DNA of 57,214 nt, the filler included, from Dirinaria sp. TL-2023a (lineage: Eukaryota): NCBI GenBank assembly GCA_051941275.1. It is 4 parts of 4 records of this genome, joined end to end, with 100 filler letters (N's around TTAATTAATTAA, not from the genome) between each part and the next. Parts side by side here need not be neighbours in the genome. Positions count along the whole stretch, not along the records: positions 28,693 to 42,927 come from JAVEBF010000615.1; positions 43,028 to 57,214 come from JAVEBF010000617.1; 2 more parts are not named here. One strand, given 5' to 3'. The notes below the pieces were generated by a model. The model worked only from the letters and a program-made list of their open reading frames with translations, did no database searches and had not been told where the DNA came from. A program made the position numbers and the translations under genes. The first letter of the stretch is position 1; each line of letters starts with the position of its first letter. Shown here piece after piece: positions 40,332 to 53,136 of the stretch.

Positions 40332-40550
40332 AGATCTCTTCAAATGAAACATTCAATGTTTTGCTTGGAAGTTGCTCGACCTGCGAAGAGCAGACGTAAA
40401 CAAGATCGAGGATATGAAGGAGAAATTTTTACCAACTGAAAAGTAGTGTAGAAAGAAGCTGCGTATATCAATGCTACTGCATGTAAATGAGTCTATAGTT
40501 ACGTGGCATGAAATAAGAAGTAAGATCTCTTCAAATGAAACATTCAATGT
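40332..40550 (+). repeat. Exact 28-bp direct repeat AGATCTCTTCAAATGAAACATTCAATGT at 40332-40359 and 40523-40550
   Basis: Read directly; copies start 191 bp apart and weak similarity extends on both flanks. Confidence 0.85.
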
Positions 40551-41134
40551 GTTGTAGTCTATGCTAAAGTTGCACAGAACAGTTACTAGATTACAGTAGC
40601 AAGTCACTGCAAGTGATCGCGGACAAGAAAAGATATACAGTAATGCATGTTTTCGCATCTCAAAGAAACGAGCAAATGTCCTTACTGGGGCATAGGATCA
40701 GTGCTGCCTCCAGTGGGACGTCTTGTGGTGTGTTGTGAGGTATGGATAGGATCGCTGAAGTTCACATCGTGACTGTTTGGATGTAGACTCGCAATTTTGG
40801 TACTTCATTTTTTCTGGCTATTCGAGCTTGAATAATGTGTAGGACTTGACTCTTATCATCCATTCAATGCCAACGGCCTCGGGCCAGTTGGCTTTAAACT
40901 AGCGATAACTCTAATTTAGACGCCAACGCCGCTTAGTTGCCGCCGGCAAGCCCATATTAGCGCCTGGAGACATTAAAGTGAAGAGCCCAAGGCTAAGGAG
41001 GAATCGGGACAGACTTTAGTTTGGAGACGTTCCATTTCAGCCGTCAACCTCTTCAAACCAACGTCTCAGGATTGAATGTGCGATGTTCGCGTTGATGTAA
41101 CCGTTCGGTGAATATCCTCTCAGCCGATAAAGCC

Positions 41135-42927
41135 ATGGAGGGTGTCAATGTTCCAGAGCTCGTTGAGCGACTGGCTAGTGAGGAAGACGCGGTGCGTAAG
41201 ATGGCCGTGTTCAAGCTCCAGACGAATGTTGGGGATCCTTCTTTCGCCGAAAACTTCATAGCAGAAGGAGGTTCCATTAAATTACGGTACTTGATGCTCC
41301 ATGCTTCAGGCAATACGCTTGCCTATAGCCTGACTTCTTTCTCGCGTTTGCTCGAGGTTGACAAAGGCTGGGAGTACATCAACCAAGACCTTGTGGATCG
41401 AGTATATTTGCCAGTCGTATATTGAATAGCGCGGGCTGAAACTTGCATAGGTTGTTGAATTAGTGGTACAGCACCCTCTTGTGAATATTCTCCGTGGTGC
41501 CATGTCTATCCTTGTAGCAATCGTCTCACATCCTCATGATCCCTCAAGACCCGATGCCTTTGGCTTCAAGGCGCTCAAACCCGCCATAACTCTGTATCCG
41601 CAGTTCCTCGAGATGTTAGTCAGTCGGCTGTCATCTGCCGACCACGCCCTTTGCGCCAACGCTCTTCAGCTCATCAACTCGCTGATGCGCGAAGCCATAA
41701 GCAGTGACTCCGACTCCGAGTGGCCCAAGTTCATCAAAAACCTACAGGACCTAGGAGTCATCAAAGCCGCGTATAGCCTCATGCTCAGCAGCTCACTACA
41801 GGACCTTGCACATCCTATCCTCGAATTCCAGACTCTCTCCAAAGTTCTTTTAGGAAAATGGCATTCAGTGCCACTGGACCTTGACAAACCTGAGCACCGT
41901 CGGACGCTCAAATGCTTACATCTAGCTTCCAACCCGGCTCCTTCCGCGGAGCCTTCTTTAAACAGCAACACAGACGAGCCGAAACGACGCCATCACCCGA
42001 CCAAATGGCGGCGATTAGGCTTCGAAACCGAGTCCCCAGCGTGGGAGTTCGAAGACACCGGCTACCTTGGAATGATTGACTTGACACACTACGTTCGCAA
42101 ACATGAAGACGCCTACCAGAAGGTTCTCCTCGAACAAGCATCCAAACCGTGGGAAGACCGGTGCCCGGTTGCGCGCGCGTCGCTCGCTGTAACTGTGCTG
42201 TTGTACGAACACTTTGAGGTCGATAAAGCGGACATTAACGACGCAAAGGCCGGGCTGGTGCTTGAATCGCGCGCCAACTACGAAAAGATCTTTAAACCGC
42301 TACTCCTACAATGGCCAAGTCTACATGTGTGCGGATTGCAGGCTTTTCTCCGCCTCTGGAAAGCCACCCGTGCAAAGCAGCATGACTTCGTCAAAATTGT
42401 AGACCTAGTCCGCATCCTGCTTGAGGCGGTTGTAGGCGCAGCACCACGCACGAAAGAGGTCAAAGCCGTCGAAACCGAAATGGAGGAATACTCTTTGCCT
42501 CGCTTGAGGCAGTTGCAAATGGAACTGATTGAACTGACATACGAAGACGCCTGGGCCCATCACCTCCGGCAAGTGAAAGACGAGTTGGCCCACGAAGCCC
42601 TTCAATTCGTCAAGGAACAGCGCATCCGCTGCCTGCTAGCCGGCAGCTGGTTTCCGAACAAGCTACAGTACAAATCGGACGGCGGGCCAGTGACGAAGGC
42701 TAACCTCCGGCCCCAAGTACCCTCAAGTTTCCGCTTCGTGCGCCTCTCCCACAACCGGCGCTACCTGCACTACGCCGATTTCTCCACCCGCGGCGAGGAA
42801 GCACCAGAGCTGGAAAACTTAGACGAGCGCCTAGACCTCAGCGCCGTCTCTTCCGTCGTATCGAACGTATCCACCACCTCCCCACCCTCCTCCAGCGAAA
42901 CCGTCTCCGCAGTCCACCAACACTCCC
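41135..42927 (+). CDS. ELMO/CED-12 family protein (ELMO domain and start of PH-like domain); 3' truncated by contig end; intron 41402-41450
   Basis: GNTLAYSL, HPLVNILRGAMSIL, KWRRLGFETESPAWEF..G.LGM.DL (ELMO domain), RCPVARASLAVT, EALQFVKEQRIRCLLAGSWF, FVRLSHNRRYLHYADF. Confidence 0.9.
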
Positions 42928-43027
42928 NNNNNNNNNNNNNNNNNNNNNNNNNNNNNNNNNNNNNNNNNNNNTTAATTAATTAANNNNNNNNNNNNNNNNN
43001 NNNNNNNNNNNNNNNNNNNNNNNNNNN
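42928..43027. other. Artificial contig spacer (44 N + TTAATTAATTAA + 44 N)
   Basis: Identical 100-bp linker. Confidence 0.98.
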
Positions 43028-43263
43028 CCTTACAGTACTACTACCTTCCGCGCTGAGTTGCAGTCCACCGCTCCCCTTTTCCATCCGTCCCTATGGCGGC
43101 CCTAGCAAACCAAATACCCGGTTTTCCTACTCCTGTCGCACAAAGCGAAGGGCTGGGGGAGGAGATTGCATGTACATATCTTACTGCCGCGCAGATCACG
43201 ACACAGCAACAGCTAGACCCGATCAACGGATCCTTGTGTTCCGGGTTGTGAAAAATTTGCAGC

Positions 43264-43287
43264 ACACACACACACACACACACACAC
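43264..43287 (+). repeat. (CA)n microsatellite, ~12 units
   Basis: Read directly. Confidence 0.9.
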
Positions 43288-44594
43288 TGATCGCCGGGGG
43301 AGGAGAGCTCGCCGTACAGGGCATTTTTCGGAGGTTTCACAGCTTCAGGTAATAACCAAGCCAAGAAACAAGGCGTCTGCCGCTGAGGTAGCAATGCGTC
43401 ATCCAGGCAACCAAATCCCTGCTCAGTGCTCTCCCTCAACCTTGCTTATCGCTCTCTCTCGTAGAAAAAAAAAAAAGGTTTAAAATATCAGGTAGCAAGC
43501 ATTCGATTCCGATTCAAAGCATGTCCGTACAGTAGCGATCGCATGCATTTTTGGGTCGCACGAGGCATTCGGAATATGTATGCGTAGGACTCCTTGGGAT
43601 CCGTAACATGCGTTCCAACCAAAAGACACACACTGCTGATACGCGCCCCGGTCAGGGAAGCTCTCAGCCTCGTATGTAGATCGAGCTGTGCGAAGGGAAA
43701 AGTCTCGTCGTGCATCGCCGTCCTGCATCGCGGATAAACTTACCTCGTAATTCTCCGTAGCTCCCGAGCACTAAGGTAAACTAAACCCCACCGACTCCCG
43801 TAGTGCGACTGCAGTACTGCACCCCACTCACTCCAAACGCCAAACCTCCCCACCATTACCTTAGTCATTACAGTAAAGATAGTGCCGTCAGCGCTAGCGC
43901 AGGACTTTTATGACGCAGCCATAAGGTACGGTTCGGATCGCAGGGCGCCACCACTAGATACGGAGGTACACTTCTTCCCGCTCCCTTGTCGGATTATGCG
44001 TCTCGATTGGGATCAGCGCGTCACATCGGCTTTGCCCATGGCCCTCGGACTGCGAAGTTGAGGAGTAAGGCAAGACCCTATTAGTGCATACACGGCTGAT
44101 ACTGCGGAAGCACAGTAGCACCTTCAAATGCTGCTCCACCACGTGTCAGCCTCGATGTGCATTTATGCATGTTGTCGGGATAACTGTGGAATGCAGAGCC
44201 TACCTACCCTAGAGGCTCTGGGTAGTATGATCCTGAGTAAAGCCAGTGCGAGCGAAGACGGTATGCCAACGTAATAAAAATGGAGGATACGTAAAGGTTG
44301 GTATAGTATACATTCTTAGGATAAGGTATCTTACCTACCCAAGGTAGGTACTTATCGAGCGGTATCATGACAACTCTTCTGTACTTGCTTTGAAAGAACT
44401 TCCCACCGTTCAGTGACAGGTCGTGCTTGCTTGTACTTCTGACGACCTGATTAGGGAGTACAAAAGACCCATCGCAACATGGCAAAACATTTCAAGCTCA
44501 TTCCTCCAAAGAACGCTTTCAACTTTGAATAAGACAATCAGCTGGCTGTTAAGTGATGATGCTGGACTTTCAGTCAGCACTACGCCTTCATACC

Positions 44595-46019
44595 TCATAC
44601 TAGGTCTCGCGCTTCGGCTGGACGGTTTGCTCTTTTGAAAGTGCTAATCCCGGGTCTTAACTCGTAGATGTCTTCCCCATAAGGTACGGCGTTGCTATTG
44701 TTTTGCTTGCTTTCAGTCTCATTGGACAATAAGCTCTCATCCAGCTTGGTCCACGGACCCGGCTTTGTTTCGAAATGGCGAACGGGCTGACTATTGTTGC
44801 TGTTGGAGATTTCGCTCTTCTGGCTTGAGCGAGTGAAGGAAAGGCTAAATTTAGATCCGAGATTGGATGTCGCGACGCGTTTGAAGAGAGTTTGAGTCAG
44901 AGGCATGCATGCACACGTGAGCACACTTGTAGGCTCGAGGACGGTAAACATCACGGGTAAGACAGATGAACCTACTCGGTAAAAATAAGAGTCAGAAAAT
45001 AACACTATAATTGAGCGCAAGAGAGAAGAACTCACGTGTTGAGTCATAATTGGTACCTGCGTTTGCACCTCGCAGTAAAGGGATGCGTGCTATGCTGATG
45101 GCAGTAGCGCTGTCCACGCGTTAGCTCGTTCTCGATCCTAGTAGCTCCTTTAGGTTCGACAGGTCACATACAAAGACCCTACCAAGAACAGAAGACTGAC
45201 ACCGAGCTTCTTCACGGGGGGGAGGTGCAGCTGCCATATTAGAGGCTGGGGTAGTATCAAGATGCCGATGTCGGATATCGCATTGACTACGGATGTACTG
45301 ACGCTGGTTTTGAAGGCAGGCCGACACTGCGTTGGCGAACCCCAATTGGTACTGATAGGGCGGCATTCTAGGAATATGACCAGGAGACCGGCGCTCCACC
45401 AGAGAAGGGTATATACCGCCCAGAAGTAAACGCCAACCTTGAACCATTTCTTATGGAGGGTGAAGACGCGAGCGAGGAGCGCGAGAATCGACAATTTACC
45501 AAGGGCCATGCTCAGGTCGTAGAAAACCGAAAAGGCCAATTCTGTCTGTGAAAATATCAATCGCGGGGTAAAAAGACATTTGAATACGGCTTATGCCCTT
45601 TGACCAGTACCTTGCCAATACGCACAAAGTTTTGGGGATCCTGCGCCACCCATAGCAGAACTCTTCCCACTCCAAAGTGTGCGACTTGTGAGACGTTAGA
45701 ACAACACATAGCGGGGATTGTAGCACCGTGTCGACATACTGAGACTTGCTGTGATATCTACGCCGATCAAAGGTATCTATTTCATCGCTAAGTCAGCAAC
45801 GGTGAAGTCTGCAGCTAGAGGGCATACCGATGTTGCAAGGGCAAGCCAATCGTCCAAGCCTAGAGATGTTCTGGTGAGTTTTCGAGATATTAGACGAGCA
45901 AACAGGGATAATAGGGCTAGGCCTGTGAATGCGTTACAGACTCCGATGAGGATGGGCGTGAGATTATCATTAATATGAGCCTTTTGGTGGGCTATCTCTG
46001 ACGGCGGTAGGCTGGCCAT
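44595..46019 (-). CDS. PTH11-like (non-CFEM) fungal rhodopsin-domain 7TM integral membrane protein, ~6 exons
   Basis: ARLISRKLTRTSLGLDDWLALA, HFGVGR, KLSILALLARVF, FLECRPISTNW..C, NAISDIGILILPQPLIWQLHLPPVKKLGV, SIARI and LEPTSVLTCACMP; five canonical introns join in frame. Confidence 0.85.
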
Positions 46020-46681
46020 GATACAATTGCTGCCCTTGAACGACTTTGAGGTTCATAAACAGAGAACAGGATCATGAAACCTTTAAAAGCTTCTGTAGAC
46101 GTCCATTTGCCGACTTAGGTAGAGCTGAGCCGTATCACGTCACATGCCCATCCTCCAGTCACATTATTAATGTTGAAACTCGTAGGCCTATTATTACCAT
46201 GCCATGTCTGTTCTGTTTCGCCATATGCAGGTAAACTTTTTTTTCTGACATTATGCATCAAGTCAGAATCATTTGTGAATGCATAGCCTCCACACCCCTT
46301 TACCCCCCATATCCTTGCTGCTCTAGGAGATAGGGGTGGTAGATCATACCTAAGATAAGGTAGGCACCTTGCCACACATGAATAGTGCTAATGCAATGCA
46401 AGGTTGACGCAAGTGGTTCAAGCACCACACCACCACACCATGTTCTCTTCCCACAAGCTTCCAACTCAGACGGAGCGAAATGTATGCTTCGTAAATAACG
46501 TTACAATTTTGGCTGTCGTGCAATTTTCGTCAGATGATTGGAGAGGAAATAATACAAGCTCATACAAACAGCGCTAGATACCGAACTCACGTACTAAGGT
46601 ATGATCATGCTAGGGACACAATATCGTCGAAGCTGCTACGCAACGTCTTCGTGACAAATCGCCAGACAGAAAATATCGTGA

Positions 46682-48402
46682 TTAGTACGATTGGCGCAAC
46701 CGAAAACCCATCTCTTGGCTTCGGCTTGGAATGACTCGCTCATCTACAAACAAGTTTTCCGGTCTTCGGACCTGTCCGTTGGGAAAGGAGATATCAAAAT
46801 GCCATAGAATCCAAGCCAGGATAAGCTTGATCTCCGAAGCGGCCATGAAACGGCCCGGACATGCATTTCGTCCATAGCCCCAGTGAAGGTTTTCTGGGCT
46901 CGTACTCGTTGCAAGGAATGGGGTAGCGCTCTTTCCCGCACGCTCCGCTGCTTCCCGTAGTTCGAACCACCGCCAAGGTCTGAAATCTTCACCACCTTCA
47001 AAAAGCTCGGGATCTCTGGCTGTCCAGTAAGCCGAAGTTGAGATGAAAGTACCTGGTGGTATGACGAGACCATCTGAGAGTGTGACCGTTCGTTGTATTT
47101 TGCGGTTGAAAGAGACTGAGGAAGTGAGCCTCGTGCCTCTATCGAGAGCGCTAGCAACCTAAGAGAAGGGGTTGGGATTCATGCCACTCACGCAGAAGAT
47201 GATGGTTCAATCTCTGAGATTCCTTGATGAAGCTATCCAGTCTTTTCATCTTCTGAATTGCCGGAAGACTCCAACCCCCTGAGCTTTTGAGCACAGTCTC
47301 AATCTCTTGTCGTAGTGGGTCCTGGAAGTGCGGAAACGCTATCAGGTCGTACAAGGTATTGACGATTGAAGTTGCCGTAGAACGAGTGGATGCGATAGCT
47401 ACGAAAAGGGTCTGATTCGTCAAGAAAGGAATGTCCAGTCTGTCTCCTTTGTAGCTGTCTATCAGCCACTGCAGCACATCGGTATTCTTGCTTTCTTTCC
47501 GACGAACATTGATAACCCCAGAAAGTAATCTTTGCGCTGTTTCAAAACTGTCGTTCAGTGGCTTACGAGACTTTGTAAAAGGGTATACCAGAGGCCTTAA
47601 TATAGAAGGGTACTTTTGCAATTCCAAGCATATCATGCCAGTGTTTATCGTGGTCTCTAAACATGTACGTAACCAGGTCTCATCATAACAAAGTGGCGCA
47701 CCAACAAGAGGTCTAGCAGAGCTTCTGTTGACAATATTCAATATCGTCTCTGCTGCGTTGTAAAACTGAAAGTCTATCATGACTAATTAGCGGCCAGAGT
47801 AAGCTGAGTGGACATTGACCAACGACCAACCTTGACTTTCAAAGCATTCAGGCAGCTCCCGCTGGAAGATGCTATTCAGATCGTGAATCTGGCCTTCAGT
47901 GATCTTGTCTTCGCATTGTTAATAAGATGGAGGGCCGGCATGGATATTAGCGCATACCTAGGTTCTGAACTAGCTGAGTACGACAAACATCCACATGAGT
48001 AGTACTCTTCAATATGATGTCCACGCGATTGTACCAGCCTAGGTTTCTCTCGACGACGGCCTGTTTACTGTCCAAGTAACGGTCAGGAAGCCTACGTAGT
48101 TCGTCAAGGTAGCGATTTGAAAGCACCAAGCGCTCCATGTCACCGGTTTGGATCCAGTACATCGAGTGCTTGTACCGAACGTAGCCCTCCTTGGTTAATT
48201 GTTTGCCGTTCTTGAAGAAATCTGCGCGGGCACGAGCTAAGCCAGTGAGCCATGGGTTCTTCCCAACCCTCGGCGCGTTGACTTTTCTGTAATGCTCGTA
48301 AACGTTCGAGACGATAAATGCGAGGACAGATCCAACCACGATGCTCTGAAGGGCGACACTGATATTCCGAACGACTGATGATAATCGTGCCTGAGTCTCC
48401 AT
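46682..48402 (-). CDS. Cytochrome P450 (P450-A), ent-kaurene-oxidase/PaxP-like group, 4 exons
   Basis: N-terminal TM anchor; K-helix LDSFIKESQR; last exon (frame absent from the ORF track) reads FNRKIQRTVTLSDG..FRPWRW..LHWGYGRNACPGRFMAASEIK..RQSY* with TAA at 46684-46682. Confidence 0.9.
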
Positions 48403-48818
48403 GAAAACTATATTGCAGCCTATATGAGAGCTTACAAGCTACAAAGGCTGGTTATTCGTTGTTGCTTGGTGCAGAAAATTGCAATCACAGGGTAAAGCTT
48501 TCTAGTCGTCAGAGGTGGTACATAGATGATGGTAAGCAGCAAATACATCTACTAGTGGGCCGTAAAGATAAACATCCCGTGTCCTTGGGTATCGTCTAGT
48601 GTATAATACGCAGAACTCAGGGATTCCAATACGCGGTGAGGGAATCTGCAGGAGCTAGGATACCACGCAGCACAAACCTTTCCCCAAATGTATCCATCCC
48701 TGCATCATCGCCCGAAGCATATGCAGACAGAAGTGAGGCGCAACGAGGGCAGTGCAAAAACCAGAGCGTGTCCCTCCGGCTTGTTCTTGAATGGATCAGA
48801 CATTGAACAATAGACACA

Positions 48819-50658
48819 ATGGCGAGTTGGAAGTCCCTTGAGAAAATCCAGTTTTATGATCTCGAAATCGACCCGCTGCTTCACAGCAACTACGTATGGG
48901 TTTCGCTGTTGGTGCTAGCAGTGTTGAGCATTCCTCTTTTCCAGCCAAAGACGAGCAATGAGAGCATCGATGTACCCATCGTTGGCCCCGAGCGGTCATG
49001 GATTGCAAGGTGGAGGTTCTTCTTAGAAGCGGGCAGGCTGATCAATGAGGGAGATAGCAAGGTCAGGCAGCCAATGCAAATTCACCTGGCCCGTCGTAAC
49101 ATTCTTTCAGTTCAGGAACAGTCTTTTCAAGCTCAGCGGAAACGACATGGTCATCCTGCCGACCAAATTCGTGGATGAGCTACGCAATGTTCCAGAAGAT
49201 GAGCTAAGCTCTATCATAGCCAACACAGATGTTAGCAGGTGCTGTTGATTTTGGATCGTCCATTGCTTATGGTGACGAAACGCAGAACTTTCAGGGAGTG
49301 TACTCGGCGACCACAATTCTCACGGAGAGTAATCTCCACTCCCGCGTCTTGCGTACAAAATTGACTCCCAAGTTGGGTCCACTGATACCAATCATTCGGG
49401 ATGAGCTTGGCTATGCAATGACTCAAGAGATGCCGGACATTGGTGGTACGCATCATTAGGTTTTGTTTGAAGTAAAGTTGTGCTAATGTCGTGCCTAGGA
49501 GAGTGGCAGGGCGTCGATGCTTTCAACCTGATCATTCGTCTCGTGAGCCGAGTTTCATCTCGACTGTTCGTTGGCGAAGACCTCTGCCGAAGCATGACAT
49601 GGCTGAGCGCCTCACGAGGTAACTATACTGTGGTCTGCCTGTGTAGCATGTTCAACTGCTCACCGAACAAGGGTACACTGAAAACGCATTCAAGTCAATC
49701 ATTCTGCTTCGGATTTTCCCGCAGTGGATGAGATGGTACGTCGCTGAATTTGTGCCATATGTGTGGTTGATAAGATGGCACTTGTACCAAGCTCAGAGGG
49801 CTTTGAAGCCGCTTATAGCGACGCGTCGAGAAGAACATGCCGCTGGTACATTCGTTCGTGATGAGAAATTTGAAAATTTACTTCAACTCATGGATGATGA
49901 GGCGACTGGAAACGACGCAAGGCCAGATAAATTGGCTGGAAGGACGCTGGTCCTTACGCTGGCTTCATCACATACCACTTCGATGGCAGCATGCCAGGCG
50001 CTCTTTCAGTTGTGCGAACATCCGGAGTATATTCTTGAGTTGAGGGAAGAAGTGCGCAATGTTGTCGAAGAGGACAAGGGCTGGCGCAAGACAACGCTAA
50101 CCAAGTTACGCAAGCTTGATAGCTTTATTAAAGAATCCCAGAGAGTCCATCCCCCAAGTCTTCGTGAGTGGCATCCTCGAAGCATTGCTCAACCCTGCTA
50201 TGCCATGCTAATCGATGTTACCAGTGGGATTCAAGCGAGCTTTCCTGAAGCAGCGGACACTTTCTGACGGAACCTTCATCCCACAGGGAGCCCATACGCT
50301 CATGGCTATCCAGCCGCATCAGCAAAGGGACCCGAGCATACCAGATCCGGAGGTTTTCGACGGACTCCGGTATTATCGAATGAGACAGCAAGAAGGACAC
50401 GGAAACAAACATCAATTTGCGACCACGGACCCATACACGCTGCATTTTGGCCATGGCAAATACGCATGTCCTGGGAGATTTCTGGCCTCAAACGTCATCA
50501 AGCTCCTCCTTGGTCAACTACTTCTTGACTTCGACATGCGTTTTCCGCCCAGTCAAGGTCGCCCAGAAAATATTAGAGTACACGAATATAACTTTCCGAA
50601 TCCGCATGGAAAAGTAGAACTCAGGCTTCGTGAAGGCGCACATCATTCAGACTCCTGA
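48819..50658 (+). CDS. Cytochrome P450 (P450-B), ent-kaurene-oxidase/PaxP-like group, 6 exons
   Basis: TM anchor, RVSSRLFVGEDLCR, I-helix LTLASSHTTS, LDSFIKESQR, FDGLRY and heme motif FGHGKYACPGRFLA; five canonical introns join in frame. Confidence 0.92.
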
Positions 50659-50874
50659 CCCGGTGATTGAAAATGTGGTTTGTATTCTCCATTCAGAATT
50701 TCGAAATTAATTGAACGTTCGCTCGAGATAAGTACTTCAAGTAGATAAAATTCGCTTTGACACCTGAATATATCAGCTTTGGGATCGCTTCCTGGATACG
50801 TGAACAATCAGGTAGAGTTATCATGCGCCTTTCCCGATGTATCTGGACCATTTGCAAGTCATCAGCATCCGATG

Positions 50875-52056
50875 TCAAATTATCCCACCTCGACTCCCCT
50901 CGAGCGCAGTCCAAAGATCGTCAGCTGCCTTCAACGCCTTCTCATCCAACGGGCCTTTCTTGATCATCGCGACCGTCTCCTTGATCTGCTCGCTCTTGCT
51001 CGCACCGAGTATAATCCCGTCTTCGTCCCGCAGTGCTGAGTGGTGCGCAATCCAGCGGACCGCGATCTCGATTGATGTCAGGTTGTGCGATTTCGCTTCT
51101 GCGTTGAACTTTTTCATGGCATCATGCAGGTCTTCTGCGCTGAAGAGTTTTTGCAACACCTTACCCAGGGGGTTGTTGTCATCAGCACGAGTGCCGGCAT
51201 GCTCGTTATTGACAAGCTTGCCGGTCAAAAACCCTACGGCAAGTGGCCTGACCATATTGAGTAAGCCTTGATCCTACTTTCTGCACAAATGCGCGGAAAA
51301 TGTGCAGGTCGGTCAAAAAGCGCACGCTGAATGCATACCTAAAGGCGTTAAAAGTCATGCCGTGAGCACGCAAGAGTGGCAAGAGCTTCGTCTCCATACC
51401 ACGTGTCATAACATTGTACTCGCCCTGATAACAGCATGGCTTCTGTAGATTCTGCTCCTCGCACAGACGTAAAATCTGTTCGAGCATTGCAGGCGGCACG
51501 TTTGACACCCCCCACTGTCAGGTTTGACTCTCAGCTAATTAGCACGTGAGCAGGAGGATCGCTAGGACTTACAGCATGACAACGACCTTTTTCAATTTGC
51601 TGATTGAACCCTTTGATCTGTTCTTCTAATGGTGTAGAAGGATCGGCTCTATGGGCGTGAAGAACATTCACCTATGATGAGGGTTAATGAAGAACACATT
51701 CCCAAGGCGCAATTTAAGATCATAGTAGGTACCATGCCATCAGATATCTTCAAGCGCTGTAGACTTGCAAGCAGTGACTTCTCTATCGCTTCAACTGTCA
51801 AGTCTCCGCTACCATCTGTCTTTGTATCGGTATAGACTTTAGTGTCGATGGTAAGATCTTTGCTGAGCTCTCTCGCCTCGCCAATCAGTTCTTCTGCTTT
51901 TCCCGGTTTCATGGGCGGATAGCGAGCCCCCGAATCAAGCCGGTGAACGCCTATGTCATTCAGGCTTCCAAGAAGAGGGCGGACCGTTGAAGAGTCCTGA
52001 AACTCGGTCATGTCCATGCCAAAGGTGGCGGTCCCAAATATGAGTTGAGGAGCCAT
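50875..52056 (-). CDS. Aldo-keto reductase, AKR7/aflatoxin B1 aldehyde reductase-like, ~4 exons
   Basis: MAPQLIFGTATFG..LDSGARYP..IDTK..SLQRL, GVSN, YQGEYN..R.ME..LLP.LR, PLAVGFLTGK, IAVRWIAHHSAL..DGIILGASK, KKGPL. Confidence 0.88.
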
Positions 52057-53136
52057 TGTGCATTGCCTAGTGCTCAAAGGTTCAGAACCGGCTTCTGGGT
52101 AGTGAATCTCAGCGGTATTTAAGCTGGCTCGCATTTGTCAGGTAGGGTTGCTTTGCGGGGCAGCGCACGAGCGGTTCGGAAGGGTCTGCATAATCGGGTC
52201 CAAATTTGTGTGCCAATCGACGAGATCTGACGATCAGACTTACACAGTAAAAAAGAATTGAAAAGATATTCCGTACAGTAGTGAGAGAGGGTGCAAGAGC
52301 CATAGCTCGCAACTCTCAAATTTTCAGCAGCGACAATTGAGCGTTCGGCTTGCATCCAATTTTGAGACCGAGGTACGACTAGACGTTGATGTGACGCGAA
52401 CAGTCCTGGCTACCTCGATCAGCGCAATGGGTGTAAGTGGTTGGAACTCACCCGAGGGAATATGTAGCTGACCGGCCCCTACATTCTTGTATACTTCGTA
52501 TCTAGATGATTCAACCCGCTACCTAAGGCCGACCTGGCTCACCCAAACCTCACCTGTACTCCTCAGGCTTGGCGCTATTCGAGCCCACCACGACTTCTGG
52601 CGCCGTTGACCTTCCTTGCGTTTCAACCTCGTATTGAGTATAGCATCAAGATGCACACGTGCTTCTGGGGTCTCATTGGCAAAACATCAGCGAAAAGCTC
52701 GAAGTGTCGGATGCTGAAACATCGTGATTGCTACGAAGGTACGAGTTATGCCCGGCACGATACAGAGCAATACTGTACACACCCTCGACACCTTGAGTCC
52801 TCGACACGATACAGTGCCAAGACGCTAGCAATAAGCGAGACCGGTTTGCAGAAAAAATGGGACACTAAACGCGCCAAGCCTCACTCAAAGTGTCCCATTT
52901 TTTCTGCAAACCGCGCACAATAGGTAACTCATTCTGCGGAGTCTCAGGAATATTCACAGTCCTAAGGAACCTTATTGCGACCTGTCGACGGAGCGACCTG
53001 GGTGGTTGATGAATTCTTTGCCCAGCAATCGAATTGCACTACATGCGATACAAGCACCGTGAATGCCGTTCCTCCCTTCAGATACTGCTTACTCTAAGGG
53101 ACCTTGGAATTTTGCAGCTTTTACTTCGAGCTAAGC

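Noticed and set aside
40332..40550. CRISPR-like array from the 28-bp direct repeat
   Set aside because: Only two copies, a 163-bp intervening segment, a eukaryotic context and no cas genes.
46744..47157. 137-aa ORF as a separate gene, or as evidence that P450-A is broken
   Set aside because: It is an alternative frame of the P450-A last exon; splicing at ~47191-47116 gives an intact heme-binding exon.
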